Assembly (NCBI GenBank): GCA_000830295.1
Contig: CP010425.1
Location: forward strand, 64,001-128,000
Origin: an archaeon GW2011_AR15
GTDB taxonomy: Archaea; Nanobdellota; Nanobdellia; Woesearchaeales; GW2011-AR15
Reading direction: 5' to 3'
Length of the DNA stretch: 64,000 nucleotides
In this document: piece after piece, positions 10,005 through 18,406 of the stretch
Layout: every line of letters starts with the position of its first letter
Numbering within the stretch: the first letter of the stretch is position 1
The notes under the pieces: generated by a model
Told to the model about the DNA's origin: nothing
Databases searched by the model: none
What the model saw: only the letters and a program-made list of their open reading frames with translations
Position numbers and translations under genes: made by a program

Positions 10005-11021
10005 ATGCGAAAAGCCAGCATGAAAATTTATTATGATCCTCACCAATTCTCTGATGTTAAGGCACTCATGAATCTGTACTGGTATACGGCCGGTAAAAGC
10101 AGCAAGGCGATATTATTCAAAGATTCCCCTGTAGTAAATGACCATAACAGCGTATCTGAAGAAAAACTTCCTATAGCAGAGACTTGGAGAGGCAATACGC
10201 TTTGTATCAGCACTTACGCAGATTTTTCTAATTCATTGAACTCGGGCGGTTTAACCCTTCAGATAGATGCAAAACTTCTCCATAACTGCGGCTCTGTTTC
10301 TTCATTGGAGGATAAAATAAAGGCAAGAAAAAAACTGGACATTCCAGATGATATGCCTATTGTAGTGATAGGGTTTGTGAAAGGATCAAACATTGGCTTG
10401 CTTAACCATCTGCTGAAAAAGATTTCAGAGCTAAGCAGGATATATCTCTTTCCCAGCTGGGGGACACTGGGCACTCTGCCGCATAACCCAAACTTGATGA
10501 AGCATCCGAATATAGAAATAATAGATACATATGGTGAGCTTGAGAATTATTTTAAGTGTGCTGATATCGCCCTTTATGCTGACACAATTTCACCAAGGGA
10601 GGGGATAATGCACAATTATATTGAGGCAACAGCAGGCGGATTGCTTTACTGCGTTGAGCCAAGCAGGTCAAGAAGCCAGTATGGATTCAAGGAACTGCTC
10701 AAGGGAGGCTCAATAGTTTCATGCCAAAGTCTAGATGAGGTGAGCAACAGGATTGCAGTGCATCTTGGGTGCGGGACTCTGGAAAAAGATATCGAAGCCT
10801 CACAGATACCGAGAGATCGGCACATAAAAAAAACTATTGACACCTATCTCCCTGTATTAGCAAAATGGATAAACTTTATATCAGATGCAGGAAACCATGC
10901 TGAAATAGAAGGGTTTCCTGCTGCAGACCTTAAAGTGTACTGGAGAAAAGACCCTCTTGTTGTCAGGCTTCTGCATCCTGTCAGCAGATATAAAGGAGTG
11001 TCAGACAGTATAGTGCCTTAA
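10005..11021 (+). CDS. GT-B glycosyltransferase-like protein resembling the C-terminal domain of WaaA/KdtA
   Basis: IIDTYGELENYFKCADIA...HNYIEA resembles WaaA DTMGEL...ADLAFVGGS...HNPLEA. Confidence 0.45.
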   Translation: MRKASMKIYYDPHQFSDVKALMNLYWYTAGKSSKAILFKDSPVVNDHNSVSEEKLPIAETWRGNTLCISTYADFSNSLNSGGLTLQIDAKLLHNCGSVSSLEDKIKARKKLDIPDDMPIVVIGFVKGSNIGLLNHLLKKISELSRIYLFPSWGTLGTLPHNPNLMKHPNIEIIDTYGELENYFKCADIALYADTISPREGIMHNYIEATAGGLLYCVEPSRSRSQYGFKELLKGGSIVSCQSLDEVSNRIAVHLGCGTLEKDIEASQIPRDRHIKKTIDTYLPVLAKWINFISDAGNHAEIEGFPAADLKVYWRKDPLVVRLLHPVSRYKGVSDSIVP

Positions 11022-11029
11022 TTCTGTTA

Positions 11030-11146
11030 TCAAGCACACAATTAAAAAAAATGGGCCTGACTTGATTCCCACCAATCCTTTTCAGCATTGATGGGGAAAG
11101 TGTGTTTCCCTTCGGTCAAGCACACAATTAAAAAAAGTGGGCCTGA
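11030..11146 (-). repeat. 31-bp direct repeat of the tRNA-Ile 3' end plus trailer, enclosing a structured element
   Basis: tcaagcacacaattaaaaaaa[a/g]tgggcctga at 11030-11060 and 11116-11146, one mismatch. Confidence 0.9.
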
Positions 11147-11241
11147 GCGGATTTGAACCGCCGACCAATGGCTTTCTTAGATAACATGTACCAATGGCGG
11201 TCATATAAGACCATCGCTCCACCAGGCTAAGCTACAGGCCC
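11138..11241 (-). tRNA. tRNA-Ile(TAT) with 30-nt intron (11174-11203)
   Basis: Acceptor GGGCCTG/CAGGCCC, anticodon stem ATGGT/GCCAT, loop CT-TAT-A|A, T-loop TTCAAAT, BHB helix CTTA/TAAG. Confidence 0.92.
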
Positions 11242-11291
11242 GTAAAAAGACCCTGGTGTGATGCCATGGAAACTTAATCGATTTTTATAGT

Positions 11292-11594
11292 TTACTCATT
11301 CCCGACGACTTCATTGTGCTGGGTTTCGAGTTTCTTCACGAAGAAGTTGAGGCAGTCTAGCCCGCAGAAAGTTGCTTTTTTCCTGAAATCCTCAGGGCCG
11401 AAAAATAATGCGTATCTGGGCTCGCCTTCATGGACTGTGCCGCAGGTGGCGCATATGTTGGAAGGGAATTTTTTCTCAAACCCCTCCAGCCTGGCCTTCA
11501 GCAGCCTGGCTATGTTGCCCTCATACAGGTCCTTCTCTATTGCTTTTAAGTCCTTATAATTCATAGAACTAATCATGTTTGAGAGCCGGTTCAT
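11292..11594 (-). CDS. Small protein with TRASH-like metal-binding motif
   Basis: CATCG...FCGLDCL at the C-terminus. Confidence 0.65.
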   Translation of the reverse strand: MNRLSNMISSMNYKDLKAIEKDLYEGNIARLLKARLEGFEKKFPSNICATCGTVHEGEPRYALFFGPEDFRKKATFCGLDCLNFFVKKLETQHNEVVGNE

Positions 11595-11646
11595 ATGTAA
11601 ATCCTATATAGGAGTGCTGTTTATATTCTTTTTCCTTTTCCAATTA

Positions 11647-11714
11647 TGAAAATTCACTGAAATCTCTTTTTGTAGTGAATTTTCAACTTGAAAATCAGCT
11701 AAAGTGATTTTCAA
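11647..11714. repeat. Two adjacent perfect inverted repeats in a divergent promoter region
   Basis: TGAAAATTCACT (11647-58)/AGTGAATTTTCA (11674-85) and TTGAAAATCA (11688-97)/TGATTTTCAA (11705-14). Confidence 0.8.
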
Positions 11715-11757
11715 TTAAGAAAACTATAAAAAACAACATGAATTACTTGGATAATAT

Positions 11758-11884
11758 GCCGCGGTCGCATAGCCCGGCCATTGCGATGGATTGCTAGGAG
11801 CTTTTGTTCCTCAGAAACCTACACTGGCCCACAAATATCCATTGTCCTTTTTGGGACACGTGAGTTCAAATCTCACCCGCGGCG
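11758..11884 (+). tRNA. tRNA-Ser(GCT) with 40-nt intron (11797-11836)
   Basis: Acceptor GCCGCGG/CCGCGGC, G discriminator, stem ATGGA/TCCAT, long variable arm TGTCC...GGACA, T-arm GTGAG-TTCAAAT-CTCAC. Confidence 0.92.
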
Positions 11885-11989
11885 TCTTTTTTTCAAGTGT
11901 GGCTAAGTGAAACGCATGCCGCACCTGTTTTCCATCAATGCTTTTTCTAAAAGGATTGGTAAGAATCACACTTCGCGGCGCTTTTTTCA
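11878..11989 (+). repeat. Duplicated tRNA-Ser 3' end plus T-run, enclosing a structured element
   Basis: CGCGGCG(T)CTTTTTT(T)CA at 11878 and again at 11974; closing stem AAGTGTG (11895-901)/CACACTT (11967-73). Confidence 0.8.
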
Positions 11990-12025
11990 TCAGTTTTATA
12001 AACCAGCACTGATTTTCTATATGCC

Positions 12026-12784
12026 ATGAAAAGCAAAATATTCCTTCTCTTCATAGGCACATTGTTCTTAATAGCTGCATGCACAAAAACACAGAATATT
12101 ACCTCATTTGAGGAATGCGCAGCAGCAGGCTATCCTGTAATGGAAAGCTATCCGAGGCAGTGCAGGGCAAACGGAGAATTATTTGTTGAAGAAATGGTTG
12201 AACTTGCATGGACAGGATTTATTCAATGCCCTGATGAAAAGCCTGAAGTATGTACAGCAGATTATAGACCAGTATGCGCGCTAAAAGACAACGGTCTCAG
12301 ATGTATCAAAGCACCATGCCAGAGCTTTGATGCTGTAACAATGGGCAATGACTGTACAGCCTGCGGAGATGCAGAGGTATTTGGGTATTATCCTGGTGAG
12401 TGTGAATACAGAAGGTTTGTAATATGTGAAGAAACAGAAAAAGGATTTAATATAACAAAAATGGCAGAAGAATATGGGTGGGATTGTGTGGACATCTGCC
12501 CCGGCAACTATGATGAGTATTATACGCAGATAGGGTCAACGGCATGCATAATCCATTACGGAGAGGAAGAGATAAGTGAGTGGGAAACCTGCGATAGGTC
12601 TTCTGATTCTTGCAACTGCGTCAAGGCATATGAGACAACAGATGGTCACAAGAGTGCAGAAGAAGTGCAGGTTGAAAACGCAAAATTCAGGTGCGTGCCT
12701 GAGGAGTATGCTGAAAGGCTGCTGTTCAGGGGCGGGCAGGAAAGATTAGATGAGAACGGCGAATCCTCCACTATAATTGCCTAA
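12026..12784 (+). CDS. Secreted or lipid-anchored cysteine-rich protein with a Kazal-like segment
   Basis: Signal peptide with IAAC, ITSFEECAAAGYPVMESYPRQC module, CTADYRPVC Kazal-like motif. Confidence 0.7.
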   Translation: MKSKIFLLFIGTLFLIAACTKTQNITSFEECAAAGYPVMESYPRQCRANGELFVEEMVELAWTGFIQCPDEKPEVCTADYRPVCALKDNGLRCIKAPCQSFDAVTMGNDCTACGDAEVFGYYPGECEYRRFVICEETEKGFNITKMAEEYGWDCVDICPGNYDEYYTQIGSTACIIHYGEEEISEWETCDRSSDSCNCVKAYETTDGHKSAEEVQVENAKFRCVPEEYAERLLFRGGQERLDENGESSTIIA

Positions 12785-12835
12785 GTATTCTGCTTTGATA
12801 AAGTATTTATACTCCTTCTGTTCAATAATACTAAA

Positions 12836-13573
12836 ATGCTGAACAAAGTTGCTGTTGTGACCGGGGCTGTAAAGGGAATCGGCCTGGGCATAGCAGAAGA
12901 ATTTGCAAGGCAGGGTTCTTATGTTGTCATAGCTGACCTTGAAAAAGAGGAGTGCGATAAGACAGCAAAGGAGATTGAGGCAAAATTCAAAGTAATGGCC
13001 CTCGGGATAAAATGCGACATGGCCAGCCAGAAGGATGTGAAAAACCTTGTCAGCCAGACAGTAAAGAAATTCGGGAAGCTGGATATTTTCGTCAATAATG
13101 CAGGCATCTATCCTTTCAAGCCTATTCTTGAAATAACTGAGCAGGATTGGGACAAAGTCCTGGATATCAACCTTAAGGGCTCATTCTTCAGCATATCAGA
13201 GGCTGCAAAAGCCATGCAGCCAGGAGGAAAGATTGTCATAATCTCCTCAATCGCATCACTGGTCGGCTTCAGCGGGCTGAGCCATTACTGCGCTTCAAAA
13301 GGCGGAGTAAACGGGTTAGTGAGGGCTGCTGCCCTGGAGCTTGCAGCGAAAAAAATAAATGTAAATGCTGTTGCACCCGGAGCAATAGAGACACCAGGGG
13401 CAACAGGAGCAATGGATGAGAAAGCAAGACAGCAGACTATGGCTGCAATCCCATGGAAAAGATGGGGCCAGCCGGAAGATATTGCCCACGCTGCAGTATT
13501 CCTGTGCTCAGAAAAAGCAGACTACATCACCGGCCAGGTAATTGTTGTGGACGGCGGCTGGACTTTACAGTAG
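12836..13573 (+). CDS. Short-chain dehydrogenase/reductase (FabG-like)
   Basis: TGAVKGIG, NNAG, YCASK, VDGG. Confidence 0.93.
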   Translation: MLNKVAVVTGAVKGIGLGIAEEFARQGSYVVIADLEKEECDKTAKEIEAKFKVMALGIKCDMASQKDVKNLVSQTVKKFGKLDIFVNNAGIYPFKPILEITEQDWDKVLDINLKGSFFSISEAAKAMQPGGKIVIISSIASLVGFSGLSHYCASKGGVNGLVRAAALELAAKKINVNAVAPGAIETPGATGAMDEKARQQTMAAIPWKRWGQPEDIAHAAVFLCSEKADYITGQVIVVDGGWTLQ

Positions 13574-13639
13574 GTTTCTATAAAACAAAATCAATAAAAA
13601 AAAATTATATTGAGAATTCTTTTAATCAAGAACCTGTGT

Positions 13640-13831
13640 TTACGCTTTTGACACGTTGACAGCTTTAGGGCCTTTGTCGCCCGTGGCTACGTCAAAAGTT
13701 ACTTTGTCATTCTCACGAATTGAAACGCCGTCATTTAATCCGGTCTGGTGGACAAAATACTCTGTTCCATCATCGCCGGCTATGAAGCCGAATCTCTTCA
13801 TGTTGTTAAAGAACTTAACAACTCCTTCCAT
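13640..13831 (-). CDS. Cold-shock domain protein
   Basis: GVVKFFN, FGFI, YFVHQT, KGPKAVNV. Confidence 0.93.
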   Translation of the reverse strand: MEGVVKFFNNMKRFGFIAGDDGTEYFVHQTGLNDGVSIRENDKVTFDVATGDKGPKAVNVSKA

Positions 13832-13898
13832 TATTCTCCCTCCTGGTGTGTTTTAATAAGTCTAATAAGTGTGCAATATTGAACTTGTTTATAAAGCT

Positions 13899-15083
13899 TC
13901 ATCTTCTGCCGTGCCTGAACCCGCTTTTTCTGAAGAATCTCCCTTCTCTTCTCTGCGGGGCTTCTATCATGATCCTGTCGATTCTCGGGACATCCACTTT
14001 CTGTATGTTGATGCTCGTATCCCTCAGCACCCTGTCAAAATTCTCATAATCCCTTTCAGTGAGTATGCTTATTGCTTTCCCCTCGTGCCCTGCTCTTGCA
14101 GTCCTTCCTATCCTGTGGATATACTGCTTGCTCTCTTTCGGGATGTCGTAATTATAGACATGGGAAACCCCCTCTATATGGAGCCCCCTGGCTGCAACAT
14201 CAGTGCATACCAGCACCCCGACTTTGCCTTCGTGGAATCTTTCCATGGTATGGTTCCTTTTTGACTGGGACAGGCCGCCATGTGTTGCCATTGCCTGGAT
14301 TCCCTGCTTCTGCAGGTTCCTGGCCACAACATCAGTAAACCTCTGCGTGTTGCAGAACACCATCACGAGCCCTGATGTCTCGTTCTTAAGAAGGTGGGCA
14401 AGCAGCGAGAATTTCATGTTCACCGGCACCTGGTAATAGAACTGCTCCAGTTTTGAAGGATCAACATATGCTTCAACCCTGAGGACAACCGGATCCCTCA
14501 TATATCTCTGGGCAATACCGCGGATATCGCTTGATATCGTGGCAGAATATAATAAAGTCTGTCTGTCTGCCGGGCATTCCCTAAGTATATTATTGACATC
14601 GTCAATGAATCCCATGTCCAGCATCCTGTCAGCCTCGTCAAGCACAGCAATCCTGATTTTGCTTAGGTCCAGCGTCCCTCTTGACATGTGGTCCAGGACC
14701 CTGCCCGGGGTGCCGACAACAACCTCTGCGCTGTGGAGCTTTTCCATCTGCGGGTTTATTGAGACTCCGCCGTATATGGACGCAACCCTCAGCCTTTTGT
14801 ATTTTGAAAAAAGAACCATTGACTCTGATACCTGCTCTGCAAGCTCCCTTGTCGGCGTGAGTATGATTGCCTGTATGCCTTGTCCGGGCTCAACTATTTT
14901 TATGACTGCGCTTGCAAATGCCAGTGTCTTCCCTGAGCCTGTCGCAGAACCTGCGATAACATCCTTCCCTGAAAGTATGACAGGGATTGATTTCTCCTGT
15001 ATTTCTGTGGGATCCTGAAAGCCCTGCTCCTCAATGGATTTCAGCACAGGCTCTATTATTCCTAATTCCCTAAATGTTTTCAT
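13899..15083 (-). CDS. DEAD-box RNA helicase
   Basis: GSGKT, PTRELA, DEADRM, SAT, HRIGRTAR. Confidence 0.96.
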   Translation of the reverse strand: MKTFRELGIIEPVLKSIEEQGFQDPTEIQEKSIPVILSGKDVIAGSATGSGKTLAFASAVIKIVEPGQGIQAIILTPTRELAEQVSESMVLFSKYKRLRVASIYGGVSINPQMEKLHSAEVVVGTPGRVLDHMSRGTLDLSKIRIAVLDEADRMLDMGFIDDVNNILRECPADRQTLLYSATISSDIRGIAQRYMRDPVVLRVEAYVDPSKLEQFYYQVPVNMKFSLLAHLLKNETSGLVMVFCNTQRFTDVVARNLQKQGIQAMATHGGLSQSKRNHTMERFHEGKVGVLVCTDVAARGLHIEGVSHVYNYDIPKESKQYIHRIGRTARAGHEGKAISILTERDYENFDRVLRDTSINIQKVDVPRIDRIMIEAPQRREGRFFRKSGFRHGRR

Positions 15084-15306
15084 TTAATTTACCTCTTGAA
15101 AATCTGCAATTATGTAAAGAAAAAGTCGGGTTGTAACTGCCTTTTCTTTCTAACCAGTTTTCTGTATTATTATGAAGAGTTGGCCCTCTCTATATAAAGC
15201 TATGCATTCAGAGGAGAAAAACAGCTTTTTCCGTCGGGAGTTTTCGGTAAAAAGATTTATATACTATTATACCCTAATATGATAAAAATCTAAAAGGTGA
15301 AAATCA

Positions 15307-15501
15307 ATGGAAGAACATGAACACACACATGGCTGTATGGGAAGTAAGTGGCTGGTCGTAGGCCTGCTTGTAATAGCAAACAACTATTACGCATGGTTTG
15401 ACTGGTGGTATTTCCTGGGTGGCCTGTTGGTGCTTAAAGGGCTCTGGCTGCTGGTAATGAAGGGCCACTGCATGTGTCACGGGAAAAAATCCAAGAAATA
15501 G
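15307..15501 (+). CDS. Small membrane protein with His/Cys-rich termini
   Basis: SD AGGTGA upstream; two hydrophobic segments. Confidence 0.7.
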   Translation: MEEHEHTHGCMGSKWLVVGLLVIANNYYAWFDWWYFLGGLLVLKGLWLLVMKGHCMCHGKKSKK

Positions 15502-15509
15502 GATACCCT

Positions 15510-15677
15510 ATGATACATAATGCTGTTAAGATAGTTTCACTAATTTTTATTTTTCTTCTTTCCCTTAACCTGCTGCTTCTGGCTTTGGGAAAAATAAGCG
15601 TCCTGCTTTTCTGGATCATACTCCTGCTTGGGGCAGTTGCATCATTTCTCATAAACAGGGTCATAAAACAAAAGTAA
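15510..15677 (+). CDS. Small membrane protein
   Basis: Two hydrophobic segments; ATG 15510 follows the previous stop. Confidence 0.55.
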   Translation: MIHNAVKIVSLIFIFLLSLNLLLLALGKISVLLFWIILLLGAVASFLINRVIKQK

Positions 15678-15705
15678 TTTATACATACCCCTAATCTAGA
15701 TAAGC

Positions 15706-16065
15706 ATGGCATATCCGGGACAACCTGGCGGGCATGGTCATGGGCTTAAGCACGGCGATGACCACGGCCATTATCCTGAAGAGGAGCTTCTCAAGCAGAT
15801 GGGAAACAGGGCATACAGCCTGACCCATAATGAAAAAGAGAATGTAGATGAGATTGAAAGGCAGCTGAAATCAGGAAACCGGTTTTCGCATGATGAGCTT
15901 CACCAGTTCCAGCATTACCTTGAGCATGCAAGCCACGAGCTGAAAGAAATACTCCAGGAAGAGCAGGAGGACCATATACATAACCTCCAGCTTGAAAAAG
16001 ACCTCAGGCGGGTAGCACAGCTGCTCGGGGAAGTATCAATGCTTCTTGAGAGGCACCATCACTGA
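15706..16065 (+). CDS. Histidine-rich helical protein
   Basis: GHGHGLKHGDDHGH N-terminus, HHH C-terminus, TATA-like box upstream. Confidence 0.65.
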   Translation: MAYPGQPGGHGHGLKHGDDHGHYPEEELLKQMGNRAYSLTHNEKENVDEIERQLKSGNRFSHDELHQFQHYLEHASHELKEILQEEQEDHIHNLQLEKDLRRVAQLLGEVSMLLERHHH

Positions 16066-17181
16066 GTCCAGGACTTTCCTTATCCCTTCTGATGTTTTCT
16101 CCCAGGTATAGTTTTTTACTATTGTCTCCCTTGCTTTTTTCCCCATTCTCTCCCTTGCTGCTTCATTTTCCATAAGGTAAACTATCTTCGTATAGAGGGC
16201 ATACGAGTTCTTTTTAGGGAATATCAGGCCGTTGGCGCCGTCATTGATATATTCCCTTATGAAACCCACAGGCGTAACTATGACAGGGACTTCGCAGGCC
16301 ATTGCCTCCATTGTTGTAAGGGAGGTTGTTTCAATAAGGCTTGGCAGGACATAGACATCCATTGCCTGGTAATACGGCACAAGGTTGTCTTTTGGCCCTG
16401 TTATTATTATATTTTCTTTTCCCCTGAAAAGCCTTTCAATCTCCGGCCTTCCTCCGCCTGCTATCAGAAGAATGCAGTTGTCGTATTTTTTTGTAAGCCT
16501 GATAAACGCCCTGTGGAGGGTCTTCAGGTCTTTCTCAAGGCTTACTCTCCCGCCGTAGCCAACCACAAACTTTCTCGGGTCAATGCCTATATCCTCCTTT
16601 GCCTTTTCTTTGCTCTGCGGCGGCTTGTAGAGATTTATATCAACCCCCAGATGGACAACGCGCTTCTCTGAGTTTATCCTCAGCAGGCTGAGAAGCTCTG
16701 CGTGGTCAGATGAAGGGACTATTATTATTGTGCACATATTGTACAGCCATATTGCGATTGCCTTTGTAATTATGTTAATCGGCAGCTTTATGAAATCAAT
16801 GCCCTGGCTGTTAGGGAAGACTTCCCATTCCAGCATGTGGTTGTACATTATTACGGGCTTCCTGTGCCTTTTTCCCGCAATTATCCCTGCAATGCCTATC
16901 GGGCCTATGCACTGCACCCAGACTAAATCTGCCTTCTGCACTTCTTTGGAAACTGTCCTATAATCCACAATTGCAGAATAATAATTGTCAGCCAGCCTTA
17001 CTTTCAGTATCTTAAACCTTATTATCCTTGCCTTGTACTTGGGGGCAAGCTCTCCCAGGTCAGGTGCAATCACAGTCAGCTGGTAATCATCCTCAATCCT
17101 CGGGATGAGCTCATTAAGGAAGCTTGAGATGCCGTCCCATCTCGGAAGGAAGCCGTCTGTTGCAATCAGCAGTTTTTTCAT
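16036..17181 (-). CDS. GT4-family glycosyltransferase
   Basis: GRVSLEKD, DVYVLPSLIETTSLTTMEAMAC; start moved to MKKLLIATD. Confidence 0.92.
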   Translation of the reverse strand: MKKLLIATDGFLPRWDGISSFLNELIPRIEDDYQLTVIAPDLGELAPKYKARIIRFKILKVRLADNYYSAIVDYRTVSKEVQKADLVWVQCIGPIGIAGIIAGKRHRKPVIMYNHMLEWEVFPNSQGIDFIKLPINIITKAIAIWLYNMCTIIIVPSSDHAELLSLLRINSEKRVVHLGVDINLYKPPQSKEKAKEDIGIDPRKFVVGYGGRVSLEKDLKTLHRAFIRLTKKYDNCILLIAGGGRPEIERLFRGKENIIITGPKDNLVPYYQAMDVYVLPSLIETTSLTTMEAMACEVPVIVTPVGFIREYINDGANGLIFPKKNSYALYTKIVYLMENEAARERMGKKARETIVKNYTWEKTSEGIRKVLDSVMVPLKKH

Positions 17182-17225
17182 TTTATTCGGGTCCCCCGGA
17201 TATTTGAAAATTTTCAATTTTCATT

Positions 17226-17876
17226 TTACTTTATTTTATAAAATACCTCTGCATATTTCACATGGTTGTTGAATCCCTGGGTTATTGCCTGGAAGTAGAT
17301 GTTCCACATAAGGGAGAGTCTTGACGGCAGCTGGCTCTTGTGCTTGTTGAATGCCTCAATCTTTACCTTGAAAGTGTCTGTTATGTCCACCACAAGCTTC
17401 GGCTGCTCCCTCTTCCTGAAATTGAGGAAAAAATTCCAGATGTTGAAAGAATACACTTCCCCTTTGTAGCTGATCTTTTCAATCAGGTCCATCGTGAACC
17501 TGTAGACTGCCCTGTGGTCAGGGTGCGGGTCGTCAAGGGAATGAGTGAATATCTTTGCAGGCTTTATTCTTTTTATTATCTCCCAGACTTTCTCATCAAT
17601 CTTCCTCTCTGCAATCTCCTCTGCAAAATTCCCCTCTCTGATGCCCAGATAATAGACTTCATCTTCTCCCAGGAGTTTTGCTGCCCTCTTGGATTCCTTG
17701 ACTCTTGTTTTCCTTGAAAATTCCTCCTGTATGTGGGGAAGCGAGGTCTCGCCGAAGGAAAATATCAGGGTAACTATTTTCTTGCCCTCCTTGGCATATT
17801 TTGCTATTGTCCCCCCTGCGCCAACCAGCTGGTCGTCATTATGCGCGCACAGGAAAAGCACTGATTCAGGCTCCAT
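17226..17876 (-). CDS. PIG-L/LmbE-family deacetylase
   Basis: AHNDD, HPDH, HKSQ. Confidence 0.92.
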   Translation of the reverse strand: MEPESVLFLCAHNDDQLVGAGGTIAKYAKEGKKIVTLIFSFGETSLPHIQEEFSRKTRVKESKRAAKLLGEDEVYYLGIREGNFAEEIAERKIDEKVWEIIKRIKPAKIFTHSLDDPHPDHRAVYRFTMDLIEKISYKGEVYSFNIWNFFLNFRKREQPKLVVDITDTFKVKIEAFNKHKSQLPSRLSLMWNIYFQAITQGFNNHVKYAEVFYKIK

Positions 17877-17913
17877 TGCAGCTTTTATAGAGAAGGGGAT
17901 TATTTAAAGTTTG

Positions 17914-18273
17914 TTATAGGAGAGAAAGGAGAGAGATGCCAAGAATCAGCCCCGCAACAACAACTGCAATCACATAGAATACTGCTATGAAAACAAACTG
18001 CAGCAGCCATGCAACAAAAGCCTTCCACCATTTCAGCCTGAATATCTCCCTGTATATCCATATCATCAGCACAAATGCTATTATCCCGCCGAAAGTCCTG
18101 AAGAGGTATCTTACGGCTGAGACAACTATCCCTGTAATGAACATGACAAGAAGCGTTGTGAATATGGTTGTTTTTCCGCCAAGGAGCCTCACTGCAAAAT
18201 AGAGGGGGAGGGCAGAAATAATCATGACTACAATTATAATCAGTATTGGGATAAGCACCTCTGATAATGCCAT
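17914..18273 (-). CDS. Hypothetical membrane protein
   Basis: Four hydrophobic segments. Confidence 0.7.
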   Translation of the reverse strand: MALSEVLIPILIIIVVMIISALPLYFAVRLLGGKTTIFTTLLVMFITGIVVSAVRYLFRTFGGIIAFVLMIWIYREIFRLKWWKAFVAWLLQFVFIAVFYVIAVVVAGLILGISLLSLL

Positions 18274-18406
18274 CCGGTGAGGGAAGTGAAATAACTATAA
18301 AAATATTACCTGAGGGGTATAAAAAGCATACAACAGCAACCTTTATAATATTCCCCAATGTTCTTTTTACTAAAATAAATTATTTAAAAAATATTAGGTG
18401 ATATAT

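Noticed and set aside
11030-11146. 31-bp repeats as a mini CRISPR array
   Set aside because: Only two copies, they include the tRNA 3' end and trailer, and there are no cas genes in the window.
11061-11973. tRNA-trailer elements as hammerhead or HDV-like (theta) ribozymes
   Set aside because: I could not place the CUGANGA/GAAA/UH core or an HDV nested pseudoknot in both copies; left as an unknown structure.
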